Assembly: GCA_950072105.1 (NCBI GenBank)
Contig: CATMOE010000014.1
Coordinates: forward strand, 1-61,289
Source: an uncultured Dehalococcoidia bacterium
GTDB taxonomy: Bacteria; Chloroflexota; Dehalococcoidia; Lucifugimonadales; UBA3495
Length of the DNA stretch: 61,289 nt
Direction of reading: 5' to 3'
Both the position numbers and the translations under genes were made by a program. Shown here in pieces: positions 1 to 9,669 of the stretch (position 1 is its first letter; the number at the start of each line of letters is the position of its first letter). The notes beneath the pieces were generated by a model that worked only from the letters and a program-made list of their open reading frames with translations, was not told the DNA's origin and ran no database searches.

Positions 1-573
1 GGGAACGACCAGCAGGGCAAGAAGTGGTTTTAATTCCCGGAGTCAACACAACGCCTCTGGCAGCGGAAGACTCTCTTGATCTAGCCCCGTTATTGTTCAA
101 ATAACCGGGTCCACCTCAGTAGACTGCCCGGAGCAGGCCAAAATTCCTGCCGCCACAAGTACAAGCAAAGCTATTTTTGCGCCTATGATAGGTCTGATCT
201 CTTCACCTCCCCTCAGCACTGTATATTTAGAAATCTGTCGTTAGCCATTGGGCTATAAGTTCGGAGATTTACCGGGCCAGGACCAGAAGAAAGAGTCCCA
301 CCACCGCCGCCTGTTAAAACCAGCTCACCGACAGGCATTGTAAGCAGGACCCGGCAGCAAGACAATAGGCGAAGTCCCATCAAGGTCCCGAAGTTCATTT
401 TTGATCCTTTGTTGTAAATTATGCACTCGCTGACCATCTCCCGTTGATAGGTCCAATGACAGAAGCCACCAGATCAATTATAACAAGACTCAGTTTAGAT
501 GACGCCGAGCCGGAGATTCAGGGAATCCGATGCTAATTTGTTTCTAATCTCTAATGAACCCGTTTCACTCGTG

Positions 574-582
574 TGCTAAAAT
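574..582 (+). promoter_or_regulatory. Extended -10 promoter (TGcTAAAAT), probably a leaderless transcript
   Basis: TGnTAAAAT ends 7 nt before ATG 590; no Shine-Dalgarno. Confidence 0.45.
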
Positions 583-589
583 AGACTAG

Positions 590-1051
590 ATGGAAACACC
601 TCAACAATCTCTTATTTATTCGGACAAGACTCGGCGACCGGTGAACTTTCTGTTTATTTTGGCCGCGATTGCGGCAGTCCTTGGTTTGATGGGCTGGCAA
701 ACCGGAAAGGACCCGGGCTTGCTGTTCCTCGGACTAGGAGTGGGAGCATATAGCTGGCTTACCAACGCCCGGAGTTACCTGATTTACCCGGAACACCTGG
801 TTATCATGTTCGGCAATCCCCGGAAACGAATCATTCCATTCACCAATATCTCTCACATTGAGTTCCTGAGCTTGCCTACCATCGGTGACCGGGTTCGTGT
901 CCGATTAGAGAACGGCCGGGGAATAATGTTGCAGGCTAAAGACTCTGAAACGTTTCATGACCGGTTGGACGAAGCGCTAAATAATTTCCATGGCCCCCGT
1001 CCGGAATACCCTCTAAATGATGGCGGTTCAGACGTTGAGGACCCAAGCTAA
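590..1051 (+). CDS. Membrane protein with two N-terminal TM helices and a bacterial PH-like domain
   Basis: 153-aa ORF; two hydrophobic segments, then an IPFTNISHI-type bPH signature. Confidence 0.6.
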   Translation: METPQQSLIYSDKTRRPVNFLFILAAIAAVLGLMGWQTGKDPGLLFLGLGVGAYSWLTNARSYLIYPEHLVIMFGNPRKRIIPFTNISHIEFLSLPTIGDRVRVRLENGRGIMLQAKDSETFHDRLDEALNNFHGPRPEYPLNDGGSDVEDPS

Positions 1052-1152
1052 ACTGTTTTAACTCGCCTTGCGTTTCCGGCCTTACGTTCCCGGCCTCAAT
1101 GGGCACGATCCATTGAGGTTTTTGTTTGATCTAGCCATCTACACCGGTGGAT

Positions 1153-2673
1153 TTAGTGACTCATCCAGTCGTCCCCAGACCCTTGAGGGGCCACGGCTCT
1201 GCGTGGCTGCCTATCAGTGGAAGTCCTTTGGAAAGCGGCCACAAAGCTACCGCTCATTATGATTAAGACCACCGCCAAAGCGGAGAGCCTGAAGCCATCC
1301 CGATAGGCTAGTTGGGCCTCTGGCACGGGCAATAGCTCAATCGCGAACGGCAGAGCAAGTCCCAAGATTGTCGCGCTTATCGTGGTCCCCAGGGTGTGTC
1401 CCATTTGGCGGGTGGTCTCCAACATCCCGGAAGCAAAGGTGCGGCTTTCCGGTAGGGTGTTCATCACCACCGCGTTGTTGGCCGTGTTAAATAGGTTGGA
1501 ACCGATGTACGTAGGTAGCAAGAGCAACGGTATGCCCCACCAACTAACTTCACTGGCGAACGCCCCGACCAAAAGAAATCCCAGGGCTATTCCCATCATT
1601 GCCGCCGGCCTTAGCCATCTAGGATTGTAGCGATCGTACCACCATCCGGCGAACGTGGGCAGGAATAGTCCCAACAACTGGTTGGGCAGCAAGACCAGGG
1701 TTACGAATATGGGGGCCTTACCCAGGCCGTTTTCGACGACGATGGGAATCAATGTAACCACGGCCAGCATGGAAAGATGGAACGTGGCGTTGGTGTATAA
1801 GGCGGTGGAGAAATATTTGTGCTTGAAGTACCTGAAATCTACGAAGGGAACACGCGAGCGGTATTGGACAACGATGAATAATCCGAGGAGCACCAGAAAC
1901 AGAAGGTGCATGGGCACATGGTAGGAGATGGCATCCGCCGAGGTAAATGTCTCCTCTCCTCCATGTAGGTGTAACCCTGAGAGGATAAACGTCCCCAGAG
2001 TTACTACCATCAAGATAGCTCCGGTGTAGTTGATGGAAATGTTCCTGGCAGCCTCCGTGATCTGGGCGCTGTGGTGCTTTAACAACGGGTAGCTATACTT
2101 GACGGCCAGCAAGCCGATGGGGAGGGATGTGAGAAACACAAAACGCCAGTTAAGGAATTGCAAGAAGATACCGAAGAGCACTAGCCCGATCAGTGACCCG
2201 AGGCGGGCCGACACCACGGGCACGGAGAAGGCCCTGCCCCGCTCTTTCTCATCGAATACCATCGCCAAAATCGCGTTGGAATTGGCGGTGATCAAGGCGC
2301 CCCCAACCCCGACCAGGCCGCTCCACAGAATCAATTGATTGAAATCAAATGATGTGGCAGCCAAGACGCTGGCAATAGAAAGAACGATGATTCCGACGAA
2401 GTAAACCCTGGCGTGACCATACTTTTCGCCCAGGCGGGCGGCCAGAAAAACGGTGCTACCCAGCATGAGCAATCGGATTATGACCATCCAGGCCGCTTTC
2501 GAAACTTCGACGTCAAAGTCCCGCGCTACCGATGGTATGGTCATGGCTATCGGCATACTGGACAACTGCACCAGCATCTGAGACGACGCCAAACCGATCA
2601 GGGTTTCCCGGCGTTCCACATTGGTTCCCAACTCGCGGAACGTGCTGATCACGTTGAGCCTTTGTAGAAGCAA
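1153..2673 (-). CDS. MFS transporter (DHA2/EmrB-QacA-like)
   Basis: About 14 hydrophobic helices; ARLGEKYGHAR motif-A-like loop, FDEKERGRA, ASGMLETTRQMG; start uncertain. Confidence 0.85.
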   Translation of the reverse strand: MLLQRLNVISTFRELGTNVERRETLIGLASSQMLVQLSSMPIAMTIPSVARDFDVEVSKAAWMVIIRLLMLGSTVFLAARLGEKYGHARVYFVGIIVLSIASVLAATSFDFNQLILWSGLVGVGGALITANSNAILAMVFDEKERGRAFSVPVVSARLGSLIGLVLFGIFLQFLNWRFVFLTSLPIGLLAVKYSYPLLKHHSAQITEAARNISINYTGAILMVVTLGTFILSGLHLHGGEETFTSADAISYHVPMHLLFLVLLGLFIVVQYRSRVPFVDFRYFKHKYFSTALYTNATFHLSMLAVVTLIPIVVENGLGKAPIFVTLVLLPNQLLGLFLPTFAGWWYDRYNPRWLRPAAMMGIALGFLLVGAFASEVSWWGIPLLLLPTYIGSNLFNTANNAVVMNTLPESRTFASGMLETTRQMGHTLGTTISATILGLALPFAIELLPVPEAQLAYRDGFRLSALAVVLIIMSGSFVAAFQRTSTDRQPRRAVAPQGSGDDWMSH

Positions 2674-2889
2674 CGAAAGAAAGATAAGAATTACTCCGGG
2701 TTCGCTCTAGATTGGTATCACTTTCAAGAATACTGTCTTAAGTGCATTATTGCATTTAATGACTGCGCTTTCCAGCCCATCGCCTCGATGCACACGAAAC
2801 GGTCTTCATTGATCGAACCCCGGGACGAACGTCTCAGACTTTTAGACGATCAATTTCCTGGGCCGGTGCCGTCGCAGACGGTCTGACCA

Positions 2890-3747
2890 CTAAGAAGGAC
2901 TGGTTATCTCTAGTTCGGCTTCCAGCAGTTCTACGCCGTACGCCTCTTTCCGAACTCTCAAGTCAAAATACATAAGAGTGCTGCCAATCATAGTCCAGGG
3001 TCCAGTCAAGGTCCCGAGGGTGATCAAGGATATCCTCCCCATGACGGAGTCGTTGGACAAATACAGAACTGCCAGCGACAGGGCGGACGGAAGGATCCAG
3101 CAAGCGGCCACGATTCCGAAAACCCGCAACCAACTCCCTCGAACCAGAGATATACTGCGGCCAAAGGCTTCCACCGGTCTCAGGTTCTCTAACATAACGG
3201 CCTGGGGATAGAGCCACAAGACGACCAGCAGAACCAACAGTATCGGTATGCCAACTAAGACCAAGCTAAGAAGCAAACTGCCGGCCAGTAGGAACGTGTA
3301 GATAAACAAACAGGCTTCCAGAGTGACTACACGCCGCCAGGCTCTGGAGTAGGAAGAAGCTACCGAGGGCGTCAGGCCCAAATAATCGATGGCCACCGCG
3401 TGGGTGACCGCGCCAAAACTCAAAGCCGTCAAGACCAACGACGTGAGAACCAGAGTTATGCTCCACCACAACGGTAGGGGACCGAGACCGAGAAGCCCTG
3501 GGATCTGAGGGATCAATCCGATGCCAAGGAACACCGGCAGGTTCCTACCGTACACGCGGGCCGACTCCACCAGGAGTTTGCTCAGGCTACTCGGTTCAAA
3601 CGTGGTCCCGTCGGACCGCCTCTCCCCGGTGAACTCAGCTTGACGCTGGCCTAGCTCCTCCGCCGCTGGCGATCCGATAGCCTCTCCGCAATTGCCGCAA
3701 AAGAGGGCGTCGTCCGAATTATCGGAGGCGCAGTTGTTACATCTCAT
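2890..3747 (-). CDS. Zinc-ribbon domain integral membrane protein
   Basis: N-terminal CNNC..CGNC; several TM helices; C-terminal YFDLRVRKE motif. Confidence 0.7.
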   Translation of the reverse strand: MRCNNCASDNSDDALFCGNCGEAIGSPAAEELGQRQAEFTGERRSDGTTFEPSSLSKLLVESARVYGRNLPVFLGIGLIPQIPGLLGLGPLPLWWSITLVLTSLVLTALSFGAVTHAVAIDYLGLTPSVASSYSRAWRRVVTLEACLFIYTFLLAGSLLLSLVLVGIPILLVLLVVLWLYPQAVMLENLRPVEAFGRSISLVRGSWLRVFGIVAACWILPSALSLAVLYLSNDSVMGRISLITLGTLTGPWTMIGSTLMYFDLRVRKEAYGVELLEAELEITSPS

Positions 3748-3893
3748 AGTGTGCCCTTATTTCACGATGGAGGCTAACCAAATGGGAAGAACCTGAGCGG
3801 CCTCATCCTACCGGTTAGCAAAAAACGTAATATGTTCTTCTGATCCCAGGATAGATCGACCGGCGCGGTTAGCGCCCAGGTGTGGAATCCAGG

Positions 3894-4520
3894 CTAACCC
3901 ACCCGTTGGGCATCCGGGTTGTGGACCGGCCGGACCATCTCGTAGGAGTCTGTGGTGTGACAATACATGTTGCCCGCCAAACGGCCTACCGGTTTTAGCT
4001 TCTGATGGTTGATCCGGTGCCCGTCGATGATGTCGTCTCGCAGGTGGACCAATACGACCTCGCCGATAACCAAACCGTGCTCATGGACGCCTTGGCCGAT
4101 GGTAATTACCTGGTTGAGCCGGCATTCCATGTTCACCGGAGATTCGGCGACCCGGGGCGGCCTGATTATCTGGGACGGCGCTTGAGTCAGTCCGGCGATC
4201 TGAAACTCGTCGGCTTCAGCTGGATATTCGGCGGCGGTGATATTCATGGCCTCGGCAATCTCGTCGGACACAATGTTTATCACGAACTCGCCAGTCTCCT
4301 CAATGTTGGCCAGAGTGTCCTTCTGTTTGTCCCCGACGTGCCGGGATGACGAGAAAACAATGGTGGGCGGGTCATACGATACAGCATTGAAAAACGAGTA
4401 GGGCGCGAGATTTACGTAACCGTCAGCGGACATACTGGAAACAAAAGCGATGGGACGGGGTACGATCACTCCGGTGAAAACCCGGTTGAAGCCCTCGAAG
4501 TTATTGGGGTCGATAATCAA
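3894..4520 (-). CDS. Flavin reductase family protein (DIM6/NTAB-like)
   Basis: VPRPIAFVSS, NLAPYSFFN, KDTLANIEETGEFVIN, VGRLAG motifs; TTG start at 4520 after GGAGG. Confidence 0.85.
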   Translation of the reverse strand: MIIDPNNFEGFNRVFTGVIVPRPIAFVSSMSADGYVNLAPYSFFNAVSYDPPTIVFSSSRHVGDKQKDTLANIEETGEFVINIVSDEIAEAMNITAAEYPAEADEFQIAGLTQAPSQIIRPPRVAESPVNMECRLNQVITIGQGVHEHGLVIGEVVLVHLRDDIIDGHRINHQKLKPVGRLAGNMYCHTTDSYEMVRPVHNPDAQRVG

Positions 4521-4695
4521 GACGTTACCTCCGAATAGGATGTTAGGAATTATACCCTTTTGACATAAGCCATCGGCGCTGCTATCTTTGGTGCGGCTCA
4601 AAAAGTGGCTCCAGCGTAGGTAAACCACCTATGAGGGCCTTTGCATCAATAATAGACGGCTGGAACCAAACTCGATCTATAAAGGACATCCGGCG

Positions 4696-5202
4696 ATGAA
4701 CTGGGCTGAGATTATCGTGCAGGCACTCAAAGACTGGGATACTTCGTTGATCGCTTACGTGCCGGACATATCCATCGACCAAGTAACCAGACTTATCGAC
4801 GCTGATCCATTTTTCCACCTGGTATCCGCCACCAGGGAGGAGGAAGCCATTGGCATCGCGGTGGGAGCGTACGCCGTGGGCCGCAACGCCGCAGTGTTCA
4901 TGCAGTCAAGCGGCTTCGGCAACACGCTCAACGCCGTAACTAGCCTTTGCATCCCCTACCGAACGCCCATACCCATGTTCATCAACATGCGAGGCGGGCC
5001 CGGTGAATTCAACATCGCCCAGGTAGCCATGGGCCGCAGCACCAAACCTATTTTAGACCTCTTAGGTTTGGTCCATTTCACTTTCGACGACGACCACCGC
5101 ATGGGCGAGATCCTGGACGGCGCGTTGAAGCTGTGCCATGCCGGCCGCCAGCCGGTAGCTCTCTGCCTCACCCGGATGCTCCACGGAGGCAAAGTTGCTT
5201 AG
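4696..5202 (+). CDS. ThDP-dependent sulfopyruvate/phosphonopyruvate decarboxylase alpha subunit (ComD-like)
   Basis: VPD, TREEEAIGIAVG, MQSSGFGN motifs. Confidence 0.8.
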   Translation: MNWAEIIVQALKDWDTSLIAYVPDISIDQVTRLIDADPFFHLVSATREEEAIGIAVGAYAVGRNAAVFMQSSGFGNTLNAVTSLCIPYRTPIPMFINMRGGPGEFNIAQVAMGRSTKPILDLLGLVHFTFDDDHRMGEILDGALKLCHAGRQPVALCLTRMLHGGKVA

Positions 5203-5749
5203 GTTTGAAGCCACTCAGTTGATCCTGAAGCATGCCGGAGACCGGCCCATCGTCGCCAACTTAGGGCCTACCACCGATGAACTATGGCACGCCCAGCATA
5301 GGGACCGAAACTTCTACACCTACGGAAACATGGGCCTTTGCTCCTCTCTCGCTCTGGGCATGGCCGTATCCACCAGCGAACAGGTCATTTCCTTGGATGG
5401 CGACGGTTCTCTACTGATGAACCTGGGAACCATCGCCACCATAGGCAGGGAACAGCCTAAGAACCTGATCGTGGTGGTTTGGGACAACGAAATGTGGGAC
5501 CAGACCGGCCACCAGCAGAGCCATACCGCCATGGGAACCGACCTGGAACAAGTTGCGAAAAGCTGCGGAATTACCCATACCGCCACCGTGATCGACCTGG
5601 AGGAGCTGGAGACGGTGTTCCGCACCGCGCTGGAAGGTGACGGTCCCTGGTTCATCGTGGCCAAAACCGAGCAATCCGAATATATGCCGGTGTCGCCCAT
5701 CGAACCGGAGATGACCCTGTACCGCTTCCGTAACTCTTTCTCCAGCTAA
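5195..5749 (+). CDS. ThDP-dependent sulfopyruvate/phosphonopyruvate decarboxylase beta subunit (ComE-like)
   Basis: GNMGLCSSLALG and the GDGSLLMN...DN ThDP-binding motif; overlaps the alpha subunit stop. Confidence 0.8.
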   Translation: MLRFEATQLILKHAGDRPIVANLGPTTDELWHAQHRDRNFYTYGNMGLCSSLALGMAVSTSEQVISLDGDGSLLMNLGTIATIGREQPKNLIVVVWDNEMWDQTGHQQSHTAMGTDLEQVAKSCGITHTATVIDLEELETVFRTALEGDGPWFIVAKTEQSEYMPVSPIEPEMTLYRFRNSFSS

Positions 5750-5767
5750 CGAAGTCCCAGAAAAGCT

Positions 5768-5805
5768 AAGGCCCGGCCGGAATCACCCGGCCGGGCCTTT
5801 TACTT
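5768..5805. terminator. Intrinsic terminator between convergent genes
   Basis: AAGGCCCGGCCGG-aatcac-CCGGCCGGGCCTT perfect 13-bp stem followed by Ts. Confidence 0.8.
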
Positions 5806-5830
5806 TGTATCCTTTGTCTAGATCGGGGGA

Positions 5831-6628
5831 TCAGTGCTTGATGTACTTGTCGAACCACCCCAGCGTGCGGGTCAGAGCATCCTGGGCGGAAGCCTCGTGG
5901 TAGCTGCCGCGCTCGTCACAGTTGAAGCCGTGTCCGGCGTCCGGGTAGCTCTTGAAGTCGTAGGTTACTCCGGCATCTTTGAGCTTGGCTTCGATCGTGG
6001 CCATATCTTCTGGTGACGGATTGGCATCCTGTCCGCCAAAGTTGCCCATCACCGGGATCTTTATCTGGCTGGTGAGATCGATGGGGGCCAGCCCGTCGCC
6101 GAAAGGCAGCAGCGTGCGGCCGGGGTAATAGCACGAAGCGGCGCTGAGGCCGGGGCAACTGGTGGCCGCCAGGTAGGTTATACGGCCGCCCACGCAGTAG
6201 CCGACGATCCCAACTTTCAGGTTGTTGGTCCGAAAGAACTCCCTGGACTGGGTCCACTTGATTACCTGGTTGATGTCGTCGATCAACTCGTCGTCGCGCA
6301 GAGCGCCCATATAGCGGTTTCGGGCCGGGGCGTCCTCATCTCCATATCCCAGCTTGGGGTTGGGATGCTCCCGGTGGAACAAGGCGGGAGCTATGGCCAC
6401 ATATCCTTCCGCGGCGATGCGGTCACACACTTTCTCGATGTGCCGGGTGACCCCGAAAGCTTCCTGGATGACTATTATTGCCGGGAAGTTACTTCCTGCG
6501 GAAGCCGGCGGATGGCTGACGTACATGACCATATCTTGGCTTTCGTTACCCTCGTTCTCATCATAAGATTGTCCCGCTTGTTCGGGGTTCCCACCTGCAA
6601 ACCGTAGATTTTCCCAAAATGACGGCAT
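5831..6628 (-). CDS. Dienelactone hydrolase family protein
   Basis: QEAFGV, GYCVGG nucleophile, YPDAGHGF. Confidence 0.88.
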   Translation of the reverse strand: MPSFWENLRFAGGNPEQAGQSYDENEGNESQDMVMYVSHPPASAGSNFPAIIVIQEAFGVTRHIEKVCDRIAAEGYVAIAPALFHREHPNPKLGYGDEDAPARNRYMGALRDDELIDDINQVIKWTQSREFFRTNNLKVGIVGYCVGGRITYLAATSCPGLSAASCYYPGRTLLPFGDGLAPIDLTSQIKIPVMGNFGGQDANPSPEDMATIEAKLKDAGVTYDFKSYPDAGHGFNCDERGSYHEASAQDALTRTLGWFDKYIKH

Positions 6629-6953
6629 GTCTTTCCCTCCTACTTATGGTCCTTATTCCCATCGGTTCCGTGGTCCGTCGCCCCGATGGGCCCGTTACGC
6701 ATAACGATTGGCTAGATGGGGCAGATTTTAGCAGAGGGATTGGCTTCAGACAAGTTTGCCTTTTCGGTCAAGATGATGGTGTGTCTGTTTATTGTTCCCG
6801 TGCCATTAAAAGCCGGGCATTCAAGGCCGAGGAAATTCGATGCATCAGCTTCGATCTCTAAGACGCTAGACTCAAGGATATCCCGGCCATCGCCGGACGC
6901 GATATGGATCGGCATAAAGAGGGATGGTGGGAGGAGAACAAAGCAAGGGAGCG

Positions 6954-6991
6954 AAAAAAAAAGGCCGGACAGGGTGTTTTCCCCGTCCGGC
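6954..6991 (-). terminator. Intrinsic terminator for the tubulin-like operon
   Basis: GGCCGGAC...GTCCGGCC stem followed by T9 on the minus strand. Confidence 0.75.
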
Positions 6992-7009
6992 CAGTTTGAA
7001 ACGTACTGA

Positions 7010-7954
7010 TTACCGGCTGTACCGAAAATCCTCGATCTGGTCGGCCATCACCTTGATCTCAGCCAGAGCGGTTGTCACTTCTCTGGGGGCCGACTGCTTG
7101 AATACCATCTTCTCGCTTTCCGAGAGCCCGCTGATATCCAGATGCAACTCCATGGTCAGGCCCGCAGCTTCGTCCTGGAGCTTAAGCCCATAATACACCA
7201 GGGAGCGGCGCAGGTCAGGGGAGAACATGCTGGGCCCAAACGGCACCTTGTAGTGCTGGGTCAGAGTCATTGTGCCTTCGACGCCATCGAAAGCCAGCAC
7301 CCTTTCGGATCCGTCCTCGTAGTAAAGGGTGACCATACCTTTCTGTAATTCGGATCCTCTGGTGTAGTTGTTCAACTGAACGGTGCTGAGCACCGACTGC
7401 CGTTCCGCATCGAACAGAGCAAAGAATACGGTGATATCCCTTTTCTCAGTATCAACCTGGAAAGTGTACCAGGTATCCACCGATTCACCGCCGGGCATTT
7501 TCAGTTTCATCAGGCCTTCATCTAGGACGTCGCCAAACTTCACGTCGGGCAGGAAATTCAGATTCTCACTTTCATCTGCTACTACCACGGCTTCGACGGT
7601 CTTCTCCGGTTCGGAGACGACGGCCGGAACTGGTATCGGCGTCGCCGTGGGACGAAGCACCGGGACGGCGGTGGCCGGAACGGCAGTGGGTTCGGGGACC
7701 GGCGTTGCCGTCGGCGCCAAGATGACCACCGGTGCCTCGGCTACCGCTTCAGGAACCGTATCGGCTGACGGCTGTGCCACTGGATCGGCGACGAGCTCTA
7801 TTACTTCGGCCTGGGCGGGCGTCGCCGGAAACGCGCCGAATCCTTGGGTGAAATAGGTTGCGGCCAACCCAGCGAATAGCAACACTGCGATCAAAACTAG
7901 GAAAATAACCGGCTTTGGAGTGCCACGGCCCTCGGGCGCTCTCGAATTTCTCAT
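7010..7954 (-). CDS. Hypothetical membrane-anchored protein with Pro/Ala/Thr-rich linker
   Basis: N-terminal TM helix, PTATPVPEPTAVP linker, C-terminal globular region; AGGAG RBS. Confidence 0.7.
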   Translation of the reverse strand: MRNSRAPEGRGTPKPVIFLVLIAVLLFAGLAATYFTQGFGAFPATPAQAEVIELVADPVAQPSADTVPEAVAEAPVVILAPTATPVPEPTAVPATAVPVLRPTATPIPVPAVVSEPEKTVEAVVVADESENLNFLPDVKFGDVLDEGLMKLKMPGGESVDTWYTFQVDTEKRDITVFFALFDAERQSVLSTVQLNNYTRGSELQKGMVTLYYEDGSERVLAFDGVEGTMTLTQHYKVPFGPSMFSPDLRRSLVYYGLKLQDEAAGLTMELHLDISGLSESEKMVFKQSAPREVTTALAEIKVMADQIEDFRYSR

Positions 7955-8017
7955 GACTAGCTCCTATCGCGATATCCGCGTAATAATTGCAAGGTAAGGA
8001 AGACCATCGATTGACCG

Positions 8018-9280
8018 TTAGAGATTGGGTAAATTTGCCGCGGCCTCTGAGGCAGTTTCCCATTTGTTTTGTCTTCCTTCCCGCTTGTGCTGGACCTCGC
8101 CCAGCATCCGGGTAGCGTCGGTGAAGAAGGTCTCAATTTTGTCCATGGCCGAGCCCTCACCGATATTAGAGATAATCACTGTGAAACTGATTGTGTCCGA
8201 AACCCTGCCCGGATAGGTGCCCTTCCTTCGGCCAGCTCCGGGAACCCGCTCCGCCAGAGTGTTGTCCATCATTTCCACGATCTCTTCGGTTGCTTCGTCG
8301 GCAGGACCGCTGAATAGACCCAGGACGTTTTGGGCGTCGTAATGGGCCTCGCCGTTCTCCCAAATTTCACAATCGATGGAGAGTTCGCCTAACGCTTGAT
8401 GCAATACATTCTGCGCCCGCTCGATCTGATTCTTAGCGACCGAAAAGTGGTTGGCCTTGGGAGCAGAACTTCGGAAGCGGCCCAACAAAGATGTCTGTTT
8501 CTTGGGAATCGAGGTATGGCTGATACCAATGGCGGTAGGGCCATGGAGGATGCGTATGACGTCGTTGGCGTCGAGCACTTCTCCGATGTAGCGGCGGTCG
8601 GTTTCCTCGCCAACGCACAGGATATCCATGAATGAATCGGCGATCTTACGGTTCATCGTCTCGTAGTTGTAGGTCATGGTCTGGTTGCCGCGGACGAACT
8701 TCTGGTTGTCCACCAAGAAGACGGCGTCGGCGGAGGAATTATCCATGACCCTCTTCAAGCAGGTTGCGGTGTTTACCATGCTGTCGGGGTCGTCGTACTG
8801 ATTCTCGAAGGGCAACACCAACAACGCGTAGATCGGCTTTTTGAACGCCTCTTTCAGCAAGTCTACGATCACGCCCACCGAGCCGGACCCGGTGCCCCCG
8901 GCGGTTGTGGCGATCACCAACATGGCGTCGGCGGATGGGACGTCTCCGTTGTCCCGAATGGTAGAGACTATCTTGTGGGCCCCCCGCCTTGCTTGCTCTG
9001 CTCCGTCGGCGTTGACCTTGCCGGCCCCCCGCCCACGGAACTCGTCGGTGGTTCCCAACAATATTGTATGGTCATCGGTTTGAGGGATATGGTTAAGACC
9101 GTAGAGGTCCCCTGCTCCCAAGTTTACCGCGAATACCCCTTTGGACAGAGGTTCTTCATCCGTTCCGGTAAATATTCTGATGCGCCGGTTTTTCCACACC
9201 CACTTCCCCAGCGCGACAAACTCATCGGCAATATTTGATCCACCCTGGCCTGCTCCCACTACGACAAGTTTCATGGTCAA
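8018..9280 (-). CDS. Tubulin/FtsZ-superfamily GTPase, CetZ-like
   Basis: GAGQGGSNIAD (T1), GRGAG (T3), AGGTGSG (T4 signature), VLPF, VDN, T7-like LDANDV; CetZ-like GELSIDCEI and RKGTYPG. Confidence 0.85.
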   Translation of the reverse strand: MTMKLVVVGAGQGGSNIADEFVALGKWVWKNRRIRIFTGTDEEPLSKGVFAVNLGAGDLYGLNHIPQTDDHTILLGTTDEFRGRGAGKVNADGAEQARRGAHKIVSTIRDNGDVPSADAMLVIATTAGGTGSGSVGVIVDLLKEAFKKPIYALLVLPFENQYDDPDSMVNTATCLKRVMDNSSADAVFLVDNQKFVRGNQTMTYNYETMNRKIADSFMDILCVGEETDRRYIGEVLDANDVIRILHGPTAIGISHTSIPKKQTSLLGRFRSSAPKANHFSVAKNQIERAQNVLHQALGELSIDCEIWENGEAHYDAQNVLGLFSGPADEATEEIVEMMDNTLAERVPGAGRRKGTYPGRVSDTISFTVIISNIGEGSAMDKIETFFTDATRMLGEVQHKREGRQNKWETASEAAANLPNL

Positions 9281-9599
9281 CTCCTTGATTTAGTTAACTG
9301 GTCATACTCCAAGAATGGTGGGTGTGACCCCGTTATATATGAGGCGGCCACGAACCGGTTTGTTCTATAACTTGGGTTACAGAGCGGTCCATGGAGCCAT
9401 TTGAACAACATTGTAGGGCACTTTATTTAAAGGTTAGCTTTGGTAGTTTAACCAATATTGGCCGTTTTTTGATAATTAGACCAAAAAGAAGACCGCCAGT
9501 GCGAGGGTCGTCGGATATCGCGGCGGGTAGGGAGGGAGTCAGGTCGTTACGGAACAAACAGCAAGGAGCCAAAACACGGAGGTTGGAGGGCGATGCTGC

Positions 9600-9669
9600 G
9601 TCACTCCGAGTCTAGCGACGAAGTCGGAGCCTCGCCGCCCTTCCGCCGAAGGGCTGGCGCCGGAATGAC
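9600..9669. repeat. Intergenic palindromic REP-like element
   Basis: Imperfect terminal inverted repeat GTCACTCCG...CGGAATGAC with internal hairpin GCCCTTC-cgcc-GAAGGGC. Confidence 0.45.

Noticed and set aside
213..437. 74-aa ORF
   Set aside because: No recognisable family; cannot be supported
6619..7009. Short ORFs between the hydrolase gene and the terminator
   Set aside because: No protein-like features; they overlap regulatory sequence
8018..9280. Canonical cell-division ftsZ
   Set aside because: Lacks the FtsZ GGGGxN and NxDFAD consensus, the C-terminal core peptide and dcw context
9351..9366. LexA box upstream of the CetZ-like gene (GAACCGGTTTGTTC)
   Set aside because: The spacer is 6 nt rather than 4
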